From: a virus
Strand: one strand, 5' to 3'
Virus record (IMG/VR): IMGVR_UViG_3300047554_000329
Location: 1 to 64,000 of that record
Length of the DNA stretch: 64,000 nt
Notes under the pieces: model-generated
Seen by the model: only the letters and a program-made list of their open reading frames with translations
Database searches by the model: none
What the model was told of the DNA's origin: nothing
Program-made: the position numbers and the translations under genes
Shown here: piece by piece, positions 1 to 9,051 of the stretch
Layout of the letters: every line of letters begins with the position of its first letter
How positions within the stretch are numbered: the first letter of the stretch is position 1

Positions 1-192
1 AAGGCTACTCACTATGCTTTTGTGTTGGAGGGTATGGTAGTAATCCTACCAACAGACCAACTAAAAGAAATAACCTATAGTAATGGAAGACCTATCGAAT
101 GTAAGATAGAACCTAACCCATCTAAGGGATACTTAATCAAGCTATCACACATTGTAGAGTATCAGCTAAAACTTTCGGGGCATCAAAAGTGA
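1..192 (+). CDS. 3' end of a gene entering from the left; possible PD-(D/E)XK-like small nuclease
   Basis: Open frame KATHYAFVLEGMVVILPT...PNPSKGYLIKL...GHQK* ending TGA at 192; not in ORF track because truncated. Confidence 0.5.
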   Translation, partial: KATHYAFVLEGMVVILPTDQLKEITYSNGRPIECKIEPNPSKGYLIKLSHIVEYQLKLSGHQK

Positions 193-309
193 GCTTCGTA
201 ATCCCTAGTATAAGATATAAAGAGTAGGAGAAACACATGGTTGTTTTTGGAATTATATGTCTGATAACGTCTGGTTTGATATGGTTTTTGCTATATAAAA
301 GATAGCCAC

Positions 310-351
310 TTATCCACAGATATCCACAAACTTATCCACATTTTATCCACA
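310..351 (+). promoter_or_regulatory. Cluster of four head-to-tail DnaA boxes
   Basis: TTATCCACA at 310, 332, 343 and ATATCCACA at 320; further ATATCCACA at 556. Confidence 0.8.
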
Positions 352-842
352 TAAATCTTACTGATTATTTAGATAGTGATTGGAAAGAGAATATGGGGAT
401 TGGATAATGGATAACTGAGCCCATTATTAACAGGCTTCGTAATCATTTTATCCCCAAACCCCCTATCCCCATATATCCAAACACCTAAAACCCCTATAAA
501 TATACCCCCAAAAACATAGCAAAAATGTCCCAAAACATTAAATAAATAAACAAATATATCCACATTTGGGGAAAAATAAACCGATATCGTAATGTTTTTA
601 TATAGGGTGTTTATTGTATATTATACTAGGGAGAATCAAGACGTATTCTCTGTATACCCTGGCATAGCCAGCCACTACGTGGGGGTAGCTAAACTATACC
701 TGATACGTATATATACTATACTAGGGATAAACACTATAAAACTTTCAGCGATTTTTTGAGCTCCATCGTAATGTCTTTTTACAAACAAGATAAACAATGT
801 TTGGGGAAATTTGTTACCCTATCGTAATAAACTTTTGGGGAA

Positions 843-867
843 AAATGTCCGAGGTTCGTAATATAAT
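843..867 (+). promoter_or_regulatory. Rightward copy of the early promoter motif
   Basis: AAATGTCCG-AGGTTCGTAA-TATAAT, same 10-nt spacing as the leftward copies. Confidence 0.55.
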
Positions 868-923
868 TGTTTGGTATAACTTGTTTGGATTCGGGCTCTG
901 GCTCCCCCAAAGGGGAGACCAGT

Positions 924-1178
924 CTACTTGTCTAACAAATCTGCGATAGTTTCAAAACCGCTGTCTTCCAAATCCAAACCAGCAAGCAATAGGTCAAATG
1001 TTTCATTGACAAACTTCTCTGCTTGTGGAGTAACCTTGACGATACTGTTGCTAAGAGCATAAGCCAAAGGCAAGCCTAAGTCGTTATACTCAACAAAATC
1101 AGTAAACTCTTCGTCTTGGCGATACTCTAGCCAAACTTCCGCTAGTATGTGGCACTTGTTATCGAATGAAGTTTCCAT
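924..1178 (-). CDS. Hypothetical acidic protein (85 codons)
   Basis: ORF track; start moved to METSFDNK behind GAGAAG. Confidence 0.7.
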   Translation of the reverse strand: METSFDNKCHILAEVWLEYRQDEEFTDFVEYNDLGLPLAYALSNSIVKVTPQAEKFVNETFDLLLAGLDLEDSGFETIADLLDK

Positions 1179-1353
1179 TATCTTCTCTTTCTGCTTTCGC
1201 ACTTTCCGCTACAATCTGTAAGCGTCTGTATGAAACGCTTTCCGCATTTCTTCCAATGTATTCGCCAACCTGTTCTAAGTCAGTTCTAAGGTCAGTAACT
1301 AGGTCAGCAATCTTCTCTGCTACTTTCTCTTCGTGTGTTTTTATCTTACGCAT
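1159..1353 (-). CDS. Hypothetical protein
   Basis: ORF track, AGGAGA RBS, early promoter at 1379-1402. Confidence 0.75.
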   Translation of the reverse strand: MRKIKTHEEKVAEKIADLVTDLRTDLEQVGEYIGRNAESVSYRRLQIVAESAKAEREDNGNFIR

Positions 1354-1416
1354 AAATCTCCTATTTAGTTGTGCTTCGATTATACCTTATACCCCAGACA
1401 TTATGGGGAAGTTTGT

Positions 1417-1456
1417 GGGGGACTAGGACAAGAAAGGAAAAGAATCCCAGTCCCCC
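1417..1456 (-). other. Stable hairpin with pyrimidine-rich loop (terminator or small RNA element)
   Basis: GGGGGACUGGGA-UUCUUUUCCUUUCUUG-UCCUAGUCCCCC; fully paired only on minus strand (G-U). Confidence 0.55.
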
Positions 1457-1509
1457 TGTAGAGCCATACCCAACCCCTTAGATATTCTCTACTGTGATAG
1501 GGAGTAAAC

Positions 1510-1839
1510 TCAACCTACCAATTCTAAACTATACTTGCTAGCATCTGGTAACGTCTTCAGCAAGCTTGCAAGCCTAGGTGGAGCAATCTGTAGAAAGTTC
1601 TCTAGAGTGTCCGTCCAGTCATAGCCGTACTCTTTTTCTGGATACTGTGACCGTAGGTAACGTGCTTCTGCAAACGTTGTCTTATAAAGAATATTAGTAT
1701 AGTCAGTCTCAGTTCTACCGTCGTCATGCTTGGTCCAGACTACTGGGTTGATTGATAGAACATCTGCACTAACATACTCTTCGTGAAGTTCGTCATACAC
1801 CTCTTCGAAGTAGATGTTTAGGTCCCAGTCTTTAATCAT
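1510..1839 (-). CDS. Hypothetical protein
   Basis: ORF track; probable start MIKDWD overlapping upstream stop, GGAAGG RBS. Confidence 0.7.
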   Translation of the reverse strand: MIKDWDLNIYFEEVYDELHEEYVSADVLSINPVVWTKHDDGRTETDYTNILYKTTFAEARYLRSQYPEKEYGYDWTDTLENFLQIAPPRLASLLKTLPDASKYSLELVG

Positions 1840-2035
1840 TGTAGACACCTTCCTGAACATCCAAAGCAGTTCGCTGTAGAAGTTCGTCAAGATAGTTAGC
1901 GACTTGTCCTTGAACATCGTCAATGATACGTAGCCATAGTTCATCTGATAGCGGTAGTTCTACTAGGTCAGCGTCAAGGTAACTCTCAAAGTTCTCCTTG
2001 TCAATCTGCCATTCTTCAAACATTCTGGGGTCCAT
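1832..2035 (-). CDS. Hypothetical acidic protein
   Basis: ORF track; probable start MDPRMFEE. Confidence 0.65.
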   Translation of the reverse strand: MDPRMFEEWQIDKENFESYLDADLVELPLSDELWLRIIDDVQGQVANYLDELLQRTALDVQEGVYND

Positions 2036-2411
2036 AGATTTCTTCCATTTCTTCTCGTGTGTCAATCCAAATAGTGATGTAGCCATTGCCACGGCATTCA
2101 TCACAATCGATTATACCCTCACCCTCAGACATACAATCACATTCCTTGTCAATACTGACAGGAATTTCAATCAGGTCATCCCAAGGCTTTACAGTGATGT
2201 AGTATTGGATACGGTTTACTAGGTGGTAGCCAGATACGATAGAGACACCTTGGTCGCCATCCATCTCAGTCCAGATGTGCTTGTCATCCTGTTGTAGCAC
2301 ATACTGTAGTTCATCGCCATAGGTTTCGAACTGGTATTGCTCATCACCAGTAATCTCATTTAGGATTGGCTGGTATTTGTCAAACCATTCGTCATAGGGT
2401 AGTCTATACAA
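2016..2411 (-). CDS. Hypothetical protein with C-terminal CxC/CxxCxGxG zinc-binding motif
   Basis: ECDC...CDECRGNG. Confidence 0.7.
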   Translation of the reverse strand: MYRLPYDEWFDKYQPILNEITGDEQYQFETYGDELQYVLQQDDKHIWTEMDGDQGVSIVSGYHLVNRIQYYITVKPWDDLIEIPVSIDKECDCMSEGEGIIDCDECRGNGYITIWIDTREEMEEIYGPQNV

Positions 2412-2539
2412 TGCGTTGTCTCAATTCTTCTAGGGTTGCTTGGTCATACTCATTATACATCTCCCCTATGACATCTAATACCATGTTGATAGCAATGTCA
2501 TAGCCAAGGTCAATGGACCTGGTTTTCTCTCCTACTGTC

Positions 2540-2728
2540 TCACTCACCCTCTACCACCTTTGAGAAATCACTAATAGAATTAGAACGCATCAAGTCCATT
2601 AGGTCATAGACCGCTTGCTCTTCTGCTTCTTCAATGAACTCACTTTCAGGGATGTCTCTGCCTGTCATAAATCGCAGGGAATCCAAGTCATAGTCTAGTT
2701 CAATAATAAACTTTACAGACTTACTCAT
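2540..2728 (-). CDS. Hypothetical acidic protein
   Basis: ORF track; start MSKSVKF after GGAGG. Confidence 0.65.
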   Translation of the reverse strand: MSKSVKFIIELDYDLDSLRFMTGRDIPESEFIEEAEEQAVYDLMDLMRSNSISDFSKVVEGE

Positions 2729-2930
2729 CTTCTTCCTCCAACTCTTCTGGAGTGTAAACATTCTCAATGTCTACTGAATACCAATCGTAGGTAACACCTT
2801 GCTCGCTTGAGTAGGGTTTCCATTGCTCTGCTAGTTCTAGTGCTAGACGCTCTGCTTCGTCATAACTATCTGCCTCTACCCTGAACTCGTCGTCAAAGTG
2901 AAAGGATACTGTTACATCAAAAGTTGCCAT
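2721..2930 (-). CDS. Small acidic protein with VEADSYDEA motif
   Basis: ORF track, purine-rich RBS. Confidence 0.75.
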   Translation of the reverse strand: MATFDVTVSFHFDDEFRVEADSYDEAERLALELAEQWKPYSSEQGVTYDWYSVDIENVYTPEELEEEDE

Positions 2931-2967
2931 TGGGGTTCTCTTTCTCTAGGTTACTATTTTATCAGGT

Positions 2968-3498
2968 TTAGAAGTGAAAGTCAACAGGGACAAGGTAAAA
3001 GTTTTCACCCTCGTTACTGTCAATCTTGCTAAGGATGTGTGAAGCGTTAGTGCTATCAGCAATCATATCGAAGAACCAACTGTCGTGCCACCACTCACCC
3101 ATTTGAAATCTAAGCAAAGCATTTAGGGCGTAGAAGTGGTAGTCGTAGGACATAGTTCCACCATAGTTATCTAGTTTGTCAATGACTTTGGTTTCCTTGA
3201 CTTCGGCAAGGTATTTCTCATAGTCAGCAACACGCTGTTGAACACACTTGTCAATCTTTGCTCGGAAAGCGTTAGGGTCTTCCTTGTATGAGATAACCAT
3301 ATTGCTCTTGGTCTTGTAGGCTTCCTCAAAGTCGTCACCCTCAGCGGTATTCCAACGTCCTCCACCTACAACATACCAATCATACCAAGTAGACGGAGCG
3401 TCGTTACCAGACATATAACTCTCTAGGTTCATGTCTACGTTTCTTACTGCGTCATCTAGGTCTTCTGCTTCTACAGCAATCCAATGTAAAGTGTGCAT
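2968..3498 (-). CDS. Conserved phage hypothetical protein (WYDWYVVGGGRW ... VPVDFHF)
   Basis: ORF track, AGGAGA RBS, own promoter. Confidence 0.8.
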   Translation of the reverse strand: MHTLHWIAVEAEDLDDAVRNVDMNLESYMSGNDAPSTWYDWYVVGGGRWNTAEGDDFEEAYKTKSNMVISYKEDPNAFRAKIDKCVQQRVADYEKYLAEVKETKVIDKLDNYGGTMSYDYHFYALNALLRFQMGEWWHDSWFFDMIADSTNASHILSKIDSNEGENFYLVPVDFHF

Positions 3499-3638
3499 AT
3501 CTCTCCTTCTTGTTGTAGTTACAGTATACGATACCCCTCAGACATTTATTCTGGGAAATTTGGGGAAACATCGTAATGAATCGTAATAGAGAAATAATAT
3601 ATATAAAGATATATTATGTTAGGTGGGTCGGGCTCCCC

Positions 3639-3761
3639 CTACTTTTTGGGGCAGACCTTATGACCTATACGCTTGTAGTAGGACTTCCATACCTGACCAC
3701 ATTCTTTACACTGGTAGTAGTCGTAGTAGTCTTCACCTTTGATTTTCCACATTGGCTTCAT
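3639..3761 (-). CDS. 40-aa zinc-finger-like protein
   Basis: MKPMWKIKGEDYYDYYQCKECGQVWKSYYKRIGHKVCPKK*; below ORF-track cutoff; start overlaps upstream stop. Confidence 0.6.
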   Translation of the reverse strand: MKPMWKIKGEDYYDYYQCKECGQVWKSYYKRIGHKVCPKK

Positions 3762-3895
3762 TCGTCATCCTCTACAGGGGCGAACATCATTTGCATACGT
3801 CTAAACTCTTCATAACTAAGTTTATTTACAATGTTCCAGACACGCTCCATACGCTCTTTCTTTTCTTCAAACATTTCTTCTAGTGTTTGTTCCAT
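3758..3895 (-). CDS. 45-aa hypothetical protein
   Basis: MEQTLEEMFEEKKERMERVWNIVNKLSYEEFRRMQMMFAPVEDDE*. Confidence 0.55.
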   Translation of the reverse strand: MEQTLEEMFEEKKERMERVWNIVNKLSYEEFRRMQMMFAPVEDDE

Positions 3896-3996
3896 TCGTC
3901 CTTTGCTTTCTTGATAGTTTCAACGGCATTGGCAATAAGGGCTAATCCAAATACCGCCATTAGTAGAGGTAGAAAAATAAAGAATAGGATTTCCAT
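3880..3996 (-). CDS. 38-aa single-pass membrane protein
   Basis: MEILFLIFLPLLMAVFGLALIANAVETIKKAKDEWNKH*; TAATG coupling to upstream gene. Confidence 0.6.
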   Translation of the reverse strand: MEILFFIFLPLLMAVFGLALIANAVETIKKAKDEWNKH

Positions 3997-4100
3997 TACT
4001 TCCCCAATCCAAAGATGTGGTCAAGGTCGTGGGTGTGGTAGGCATTGCCAATCTTTTCTGGTCTGCCACAGGTTTTGCAAATGTTGTTGTCGTTACTCAT
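3996..4100 (-). CDS. 34-aa protein with CxxC and His residues
   Basis: MSNDNNICKTCGRPEKIGNAYHTHDLDHIFGLGK*. Confidence 0.5.
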   Translation of the reverse strand: MSNDNNICKTCGRPEKIGNAYHTHDLDHIFGLGK

Positions 4101-4293
4101 TCTCTTCGTCCTCGTCTTCCTCATCTTCTTCGTCTAGGGCTTCTACTTCGATAGAGTAAACTCCGTCATAGGTGATAGGGCTGGCGTAAGTTTCTCCCCA
4201 ACTTGTCCAAGCAAGTTGCTCTGCTGCTTCTTCGCTCTCTGCTTCAATCTCACCAGAGAACTCAATCATCATTTCTACTTGGTATCTAGGCAT
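4093..4293 (-). CDS. Very acidic small protein (IEAESEEAA motif)
   Basis: ORF track; start MPRYQVE after GAAAGGAAGG. Confidence 0.75.
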   Translation of the reverse strand: MPRYQVEMMIEFSGEIEAESEEAAEQLAWTSWGETYASPITYDGVYSIEVEALDEEDEEDEDEENE

Positions 4294-4403
4294 TTGCCTT
4301 CCTTTCCTTGTTGTTACTATTTTACATCTACCCTCCGACATTTATTTGGGGAAATCGTAAGGCTATCGTAAATTGATTGGGAGCTTGTAGCCCGACCCAT
4401 CGG

Positions 4404-4474
4404 CTCCCCACCAAGGATTCGAACCTCGATAGCCAGGACCAAAACCTGGAGTCTTGCCGTTAGACGAATGGGGA
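4404..4474 (-). tRNA. tRNA-Gln(TTG), CCA not fully encoded (CCG follows)
   Basis: TCCCCATTCGTCTAACGGCAAGACTCCAGGTTTTGGTCCTGGCTATCGAGGTTCGAATCCTTGGTGGGGAG: acceptor stem, CCAGG/CCTGG anticodon stem, GGTTCGAATCC T-arm. Confidence 0.93.
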
Positions 4475-4477
4475 GTG

Positions 4478-4506
4478 TGAGCAGTTTGAAATCATACTCA
4501 GGATTT
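4478..4506 (-). ncRNA. H-type pseudoknot copy 1
   Basis: AAAUC-C-UGAGUA-U-GAUUU-CAAAC-UGCUCA. Confidence 0.7.
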
Positions 4507-4511
4507 ATGGA

Positions 4512-5531
4512 CTAAGCCATTACAACCTGCTGGACAATCTTCATCAAGCGGTTTTTCTCTGCGTTGATTACAGGGTCAAAGCCAGAAGCACTTGCGTAGA
4601 TGTTTTCGTTGTCGCCACCACGAGCAGAGCGATACCAGTCTAGGCGTTCCGTCAATGCGTTGTAAGCACCCCAAGCAGTTCCGCTAATGGTGTCGTTGAA
4701 CTGACCACGATAGATTGACTGAAGCAGGTCTACCTTGCTGTCGTGCTTCTTGAATGAACCCTTAGCGTCACGCTCAGGAGCAGGGTAGGCAAGGTTGATG
4801 ATTTCTAGGAACTGGTTGTCAGTAACAGTCTTCTCAATCATCTCGTTAGCCATTTTGCTAAACTCGTCAATGTAAGCGTTAGCCAAGCCCAATGCTTCAC
4901 GAGCAACAGCAATCTTGCCTTCTGCGGTAGAAGTGTGACGGATTTTGAATGACTGCTTGCTAGCGTTCTTGCCCTTGAATGACGAGAGAGCAAGGTTTAG
5001 AGTGTTAGCACACACTACACGAACAGGGGTAATGGAAGCCTGAATAGCAATGCTTCCGTCGTGGCTAGTGTTGATTAGCAGGTAGTTGTCAATCTTGTCA
5101 GCAATACCCTTTGGGTCAAGAGTGATTGAGTTTTGAAGAGCGATAGAGCCAAATACCTGACGACCACCCTTGATTGAACCTGCGGTTTCCCAACGACCAC
5201 CGCCGTCTAGTAGGTTGTCACCAAACGAGAATAGGTCTTCGTTCTGGAGTGGAACATAGCGTTCACCAACAACACCAAGAATGTCGTTCTGGTCTTTGTT
5301 GAATGGGTTAGTGCGAGTAACGAAAGAGTAAGACTTGTCGCTAGCAAAACCTGCTGGGACTTCTACATCTTCAAGACGGACATTCCAGTTGTCTAGGTGA
5401 GCCAACTCTAGCATTTGCTGGGTGTTTACTTCTTCTTCGAATACAGTTCCTAGATTGTGCCACGCTGGTTGGCGTAGGCTAGCGAAGGTTGCTTCGCCTG
5501 TTGCTTCGTTGATTTCTAGTTCGTGAGCCAT
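4512..5531 (-). CDS. DUF932 / TIGR03299-type phage-plasmid protein
   Basis: AWHNLG, YVPLQN, WETAGSIKGGRQVF, LLINTSHDGS, TPVRVVCANTL, IRHT, GTAWGAYNALTE motifs. Confidence 0.88.
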   Translation of the reverse strand: MAHELEINEATGEATFASLRQPAWHNLGTVFEEEVNTQQMLELAHLDNWNVRLEDVEVPAGFASDKSYSFVTRTNPFNKDQNDILGVVGERYVPLQNEDLFSFGDNLLDGGGRWETAGSIKGGRQVFGSIALQNSITLDPKGIADKIDNYLLINTSHDGSIAIQASITPVRVVCANTLNLALSSFKGKNASKQSFKIRHTSTAEGKIAVAREALGLANAYIDEFSKMANEMIEKTVTDNQFLEIINLAYPAPERDAKGSFKKHDSKVDLLQSIYRGQFNDTISGTAWGAYNALTERLDWYRSARGGDNENIYASASGFDPVINAEKNRLMKIVQQVVMA

Positions 5532-5678
5532 AAGGCTTCCTTTCATTAGTGGTGGATTGTTGATAGTTCTATTATACAGACACCCACCGACATTGTAAAT
5601 AGTTTAGGGAAATATTTCGGGGAATCGTAACATTAACGTAATAAAGCTTAGTAGGAATGGAGCCCGACCCCCAAAGGG

Positions 5679-5706
5679 GACCAGTTTTACGTCATGGTCA
5701 GGACGT
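5679..5706 (-). ncRNA. H-type pseudoknot copy 2
   Basis: ACGUC-CU-GACCA-U-GACGU-AAAAC-UGGUC. Confidence 0.7.
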
Positions 5707-5716
5707 TCATAGCCCC

Positions 5717-6190
5717 CTATGAAATCACAGTGTAGTTGGAAATGTCAAAGTCACACTCTAGCACTTCGCTGTCGCTGTCGTAGGTGTCGAAGCGAACAAC
5801 ATCACAGTAGGCGTTGTCTGCTACTTCGTCAGGGTCTTTGTCGAATGGGACTTCAAACTCAACAGTAGAAACAATGTCATACTGAATGGTTACACGCTTG
5901 GTTAGCATTACATTGTCAAAGATGTCTGCAATCTTCTGAGCGTTCTCAATGGTGATGTCTTCATCAGAAATCATTTCCTTGAGTAGGTCAGTAAGAGCGT
6001 ATTCTGCCTTGCGATACTTGTCACGAGCGTTGGTTAGTTGAGTGTTGATAAAGTTGTTCTCGTTTTTGTTAGCATCTCGTTCAGCGGAAACGATAGACAA
6101 GTCATTCTCTAACTTACTAATCTTCTCGTTGAGTGCTTGTAGAACAGGGTGAGTGCTAGGGACAAATGTTCCTATGTTGATTTCTTCCAT
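5717..6190 (-). CDS. Hypothetical coiled-coil protein
   Basis: ORF track; start at MEEINIG downstream of the promoter at about 6219. Confidence 0.75.
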   Translation of the reverse strand: MEEINIGTFVPSTHPVLQALNEKISKLENDLSIVSAERDANKNENNFINTQLTNARDKYRKAEYALTDLLKEMISDEDITIENAQKIADIFDNVMLTKRVTIQYDIVSTVEFEVPFDKDPDEVADNAYCDVVRFDTYDSDSEVLECDFDISNYTVIS

Positions 6191-6241
6191 TGGGGCTTCT
6201 TTCTCTTGGTGTGGTTCTATTATAGCGTTAGGGTCAGACAT

Positions 6242-6442
6242 TTATCTGTCTTCCCATTCGGTTAGGTCTTCGTTGTTTAGGACAGCGTGAACAAAGTCAA
6301 ACTTGGCTCCGTCGTTTAGGTTGTCTAGTAGTTCCCATTGGTCTTCGTCTAGAGCGTCTACATCAAACATTAGAACCTGACTAACTCCGTAAGAACCATC
6401 AGTTTCAATCCACGCTCCGTAGCGTGATACATATTCTGCCAT
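6242..6442 (-). CDS. Small acidic hypothetical protein
   Basis: ORF track, GGAAAGG RBS, own promoter. Confidence 0.75.
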   Translation of the reverse strand: MAEYVSRYGAWIETDGSYGVSQVLMFDVDALDEDQWELLDNLNDGAKFDFVHAVLNNEDLTEWEDR

Positions 6443-6637
6443 TTCTTTCCTTTCCTTGTTACTACTATTATAAATAGAACCACGGACATTTATTTGGGGG
6501 AACTTAATGTAGTATCGTAAATGAAATAGCTATGGATAGCCCGACCCCAGGTAGCAAAAATCCCCCTGCTATTTACTAACAAGGGGATTGCTCTGGTAGC
6601 CATATAAGTTTCACTCTGCCACACCAGCCCAGAGTTA

Positions 6638-6667
6638 GAGCCTTTTAGACACTTGCTCAGGTGTTTA
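6638..6667 (-). ncRNA. H-type pseudoknot copy 3
   Basis: ACAC-CU-GAGC-AA-GUGU-CUAAAAG-GCUC. Confidence 0.6.
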
Positions 6668-6683
6668 GGCGTAAGCCTATGGA

Positions 6684-7121
6684 CTAGATTAGGTCTAGAA
6701 CGCTGTTGTAAGTGCTTGCGTTCACAGACTCTTGGTCAGTCAGTTTGAGTAGTTTGAGGGTCTTCTCCAACTGCTCTTTGTGCTGCTTTGCTTGCCAGCC
6801 ACCAACTTCTTGTGGTCGCTCTGGCTTGTCGCCTACCTTAGCAAGCAGACCCCTGCCAAGAACAACCTGAACTGTGTTGCGGTAGTCACTCGTCACAGAA
6901 AGGTTGTCGCTCTCAAACTTGAACTCATCATAAGCAACAAACTTGTTAGCGTTCTTGCCAATCAACTCAGCGACAGCCTTGCCATAAGCCTTGATGTCTT
7001 TGTTGAAGGTAGCGAGTAGACTAGGGTAGTCTTTCTCTGCCTTAGCGATTTCTGCCAACTTGTTCTCAATCATTTCGATAACTGTTGAAGTTGGGATTTT
7101 TACTGATACGGCTCTTGCCAT
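6684..7121 (-). CDS. Hypothetical protein
   Basis: ORF track; start MARAVSVK after AGGAG. Confidence 0.8.
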   Translation of the reverse strand: MARAVSVKIPTSTVIEMIENKLAEIAKAEKDYPSLLATFNKDIKAYGKAVAELIGKNANKFVAYDEFKFESDNLSVTSDYRNTVQVVLGRGLLAKVGDKPERPQEVGGWQAKQHKEQLEKTLKLLKLTDQESVNASTYNSVLDLI

Positions 7122-7187
7122 TTTATTTCTCCTTGTTTGGGGTTGTAACTTTATTATAGTGGGGACTACGGACATTTATTTGTGTGG

Positions 7188-7214
7188 TGGGCAGTTTATA
7201 GTGATACCCAGCAC
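7188..7214 (-). ncRNA. H-type pseudoknot copy 4
   Basis: GUG-C-UGGGUA-U-CAC-UAUAAAC-UGCCCA. Confidence 0.6.
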
Positions 7215-7220
7215 ATTTGG

Positions 7221-7373
7221 TTACTTGATAGTAGACCAGCGAGGCTGACCTGCTACATCAAGACGAACTCGGAACGAGCCGTTCTTGTTAGCCACAACTT
7301 CCTGAACAATGCCAGAAACGCCTGACTTCTGAGTGGTGAACTGTGAGCCAACAGTAGGGATAGTGATTGCCAT
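7221..7373 (-). CDS. 50-aa SH3/KOW-like beta protein
   Basis: MAITIPTVGSQFTTQKSGVSGIVQEVVANKNGSFRVRLDVAGQPRWSTIK*; promoter with TTGATA -35; below ORF cutoff. Confidence 0.7.
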   Translation of the reverse strand: MAITIPTVGSQFTTQKSGVSGIVQEVVANKNGSFRVRLDVAGQPRWSTIK

Positions 7374-8128
7374 TTTTGCTTCTTTCATTAGTTATTTGAT
7401 ACCAACAGGTTTGTTGATACCTCTATTATAGCAAGGGGGTCAGACATTTATCAACTCTACTTGTAATAGAATGTAACATCTTTAGTTTTTATTGGGGAGT
7501 GAGTTTTGTCTCTCCCTTGCTACAGTTCTATTATACGGATACCCACGGACATTTATTTTGGGAAATGGGGGATTTTTATCTTAATCGTAAAAAGTTTTTT
7601 GGTTCAGCTGCCCGACCCTTTCGGGTAGCCTATGAGGAATACAAAAAGTTCTTAGCAACTAGCCAAGTGCGATACATAACTTCATCGTCTTTACCAGAGA
7701 TGTCCCACTCCAATAGTCTGCCTATCAGGTGTGAGTTGCGGTCTTCCAAGTCTGCTAAGACTAAGGCGTATGCCTGTTCTAGTTCTTCGTTCATTAGTAT
7801 CCTGCTCTCTCTAGCATTGATAGTAGTTGGTCTACTTGCTCTGGGGTTAGTTCTTCGATTGCCTGTTCGTTGATTACATTCTCAAACATTTCTCTCCCTA
7901 CATAAACTCAAATGGGTCTCGGTCTTGAAAGATTTCTTCCCAATCTTCCAAAGAGTATTCTTCTGGGTTAGCAAAATAGTCTGCTAATGCTTCACGGATT
8001 TCTTGTGCTTGTTCATCGTTCATAACTTTATTATACATTGGGGGTCAGACATTTATTTCGGGAGGTTTTTAATAGTCTACGTAAAGGAGCTTTGCCTTGC
8101 CTGGATGCCCGACCCCTTTCGGGGTAGG

Positions 8129-8605
8129 CTAATCTTCCTCGTGGTCAAAATATTTGTTTGAGCATTCTACACACATACCAAGTTCTTCTTGGTGAACAAT
8201 AGCCACAACTGGCTCTCCACACTTTTCACAAGGCTTGTAGTGGCTAAAGTGAAATAGCCCTGTTCCTGTTGGTTCATCGTGGCTCCAGCGTCTAGCGGTA
8301 AGGATGTTGTTCTCAAGATACCACTCAATACGGAAGTCACCATTCAAGGCTAATGCTCCGTGTAGTTTATCCATAGTTGTCCATTTGAAGCCTGCCTTAC
8401 GCTGCCAGCCCATTCCTGAGCCGTCAATAAGGATGTGGTCGTTGTCGTCAATGTTGTTGTCTTTCTGCCATTGACCTAGAACATAGAATACAACCTCTTT
8501 CTGCCATTCGTAGCAGTCAAGACATTCTTCGCTAGGTGTTCCGTCTTCATTCTCGCATAGGCAGTCAGTAGTAACTTCAGCGATTAGTTTTTGTGCAGTA
8601 GTCAT
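8129..8605 (-). CDS. Hypothetical protein with two Cys clusters and SHDEPTG motif
   Basis: ORF track; start MTTAQKL after GAAAGAGG. Confidence 0.75.
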   Translation of the reverse strand: MTTAQKLIAEVTTDCLCENEDGTPSEECLDCYEWQKEVVFYVLGQWQKDNNIDDNDHILIDGSGMGWQRKAGFKWTTMDKLHGALALNGDFRIEWYLENNILTARRWSHDEPTGTGLFHFSHYKPCEKCGEPVVAIVHQEELGMCVECSNKYFDHEED

Positions 8606-8779
8606 TGTCCTCTTTCTTGTTGCTTTTAGTTTATCAGTAGCCACAGACATTTTAGTCTAGGTAAGTTTCAAACGAATACAGGTCTTCATCGTGCATTTGG
8701 CAGTAAGCGAAGTAACCTTTAGATACCGCTTCGAAACTAACAACAGACTGGCATCGGTTGCATCGGTAGTATTTAGCCA

Positions 8780-8950
8780 TTAGTAACTCTCCTTGATAGC
8801 CTTTAGTTTGTTTGCTTGACGGCTACCCTTGCGGTTTTCAGGGGTAACGATGTTGTGTTTAGTTAGTAGCATAGACTCAAACAAGACCTTAGCGTGAGCC
8901 TTGCGAGTTGCTTCGTTTAGTTTGCCTAGTGGCTTCGTTCTTTTCTTCAT
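8780..8950 (-). CDS. Small basic protein, probably leaderless
   Basis: ATG 6 nt after TATAAT. Confidence 0.65.
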   Translation of the reverse strand: MKKRTKPLGKLNEATRKAHAKVLFESMLLTKHNIVTPENRKGSRQANKLKAIKESY

Positions 8951-9051
8951 AGTCTTATTATACATCTAGGTTCAGACATTTATTTTGGGAGATTTTTAAT
9001 GTGTAACGTAAAGGGGTTTGGGCTGAGGAGCCCGACCCCTGGGGGTAGCGA

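Noticed and set aside
369-563. 64-aa minus-strand ORF
   Set aside because: Low-complexity AT-rich regulatory DNA between DnaA boxes; no RBS or matching promoter.
2452-2474. Extra early promoter TGTCAT-N10-TATAAT
   Set aside because: Deviates from consensus and lies inside a probable small ORF (2404-2547); left out of the count as uncertain.
4478-4506. preQ1-I riboswitch identity for the pseudoknot family
   Set aside because: The loop is only 8 nt and lacks the preQ1 consensus; copies follow stop codons and do not precede queuosine genes.
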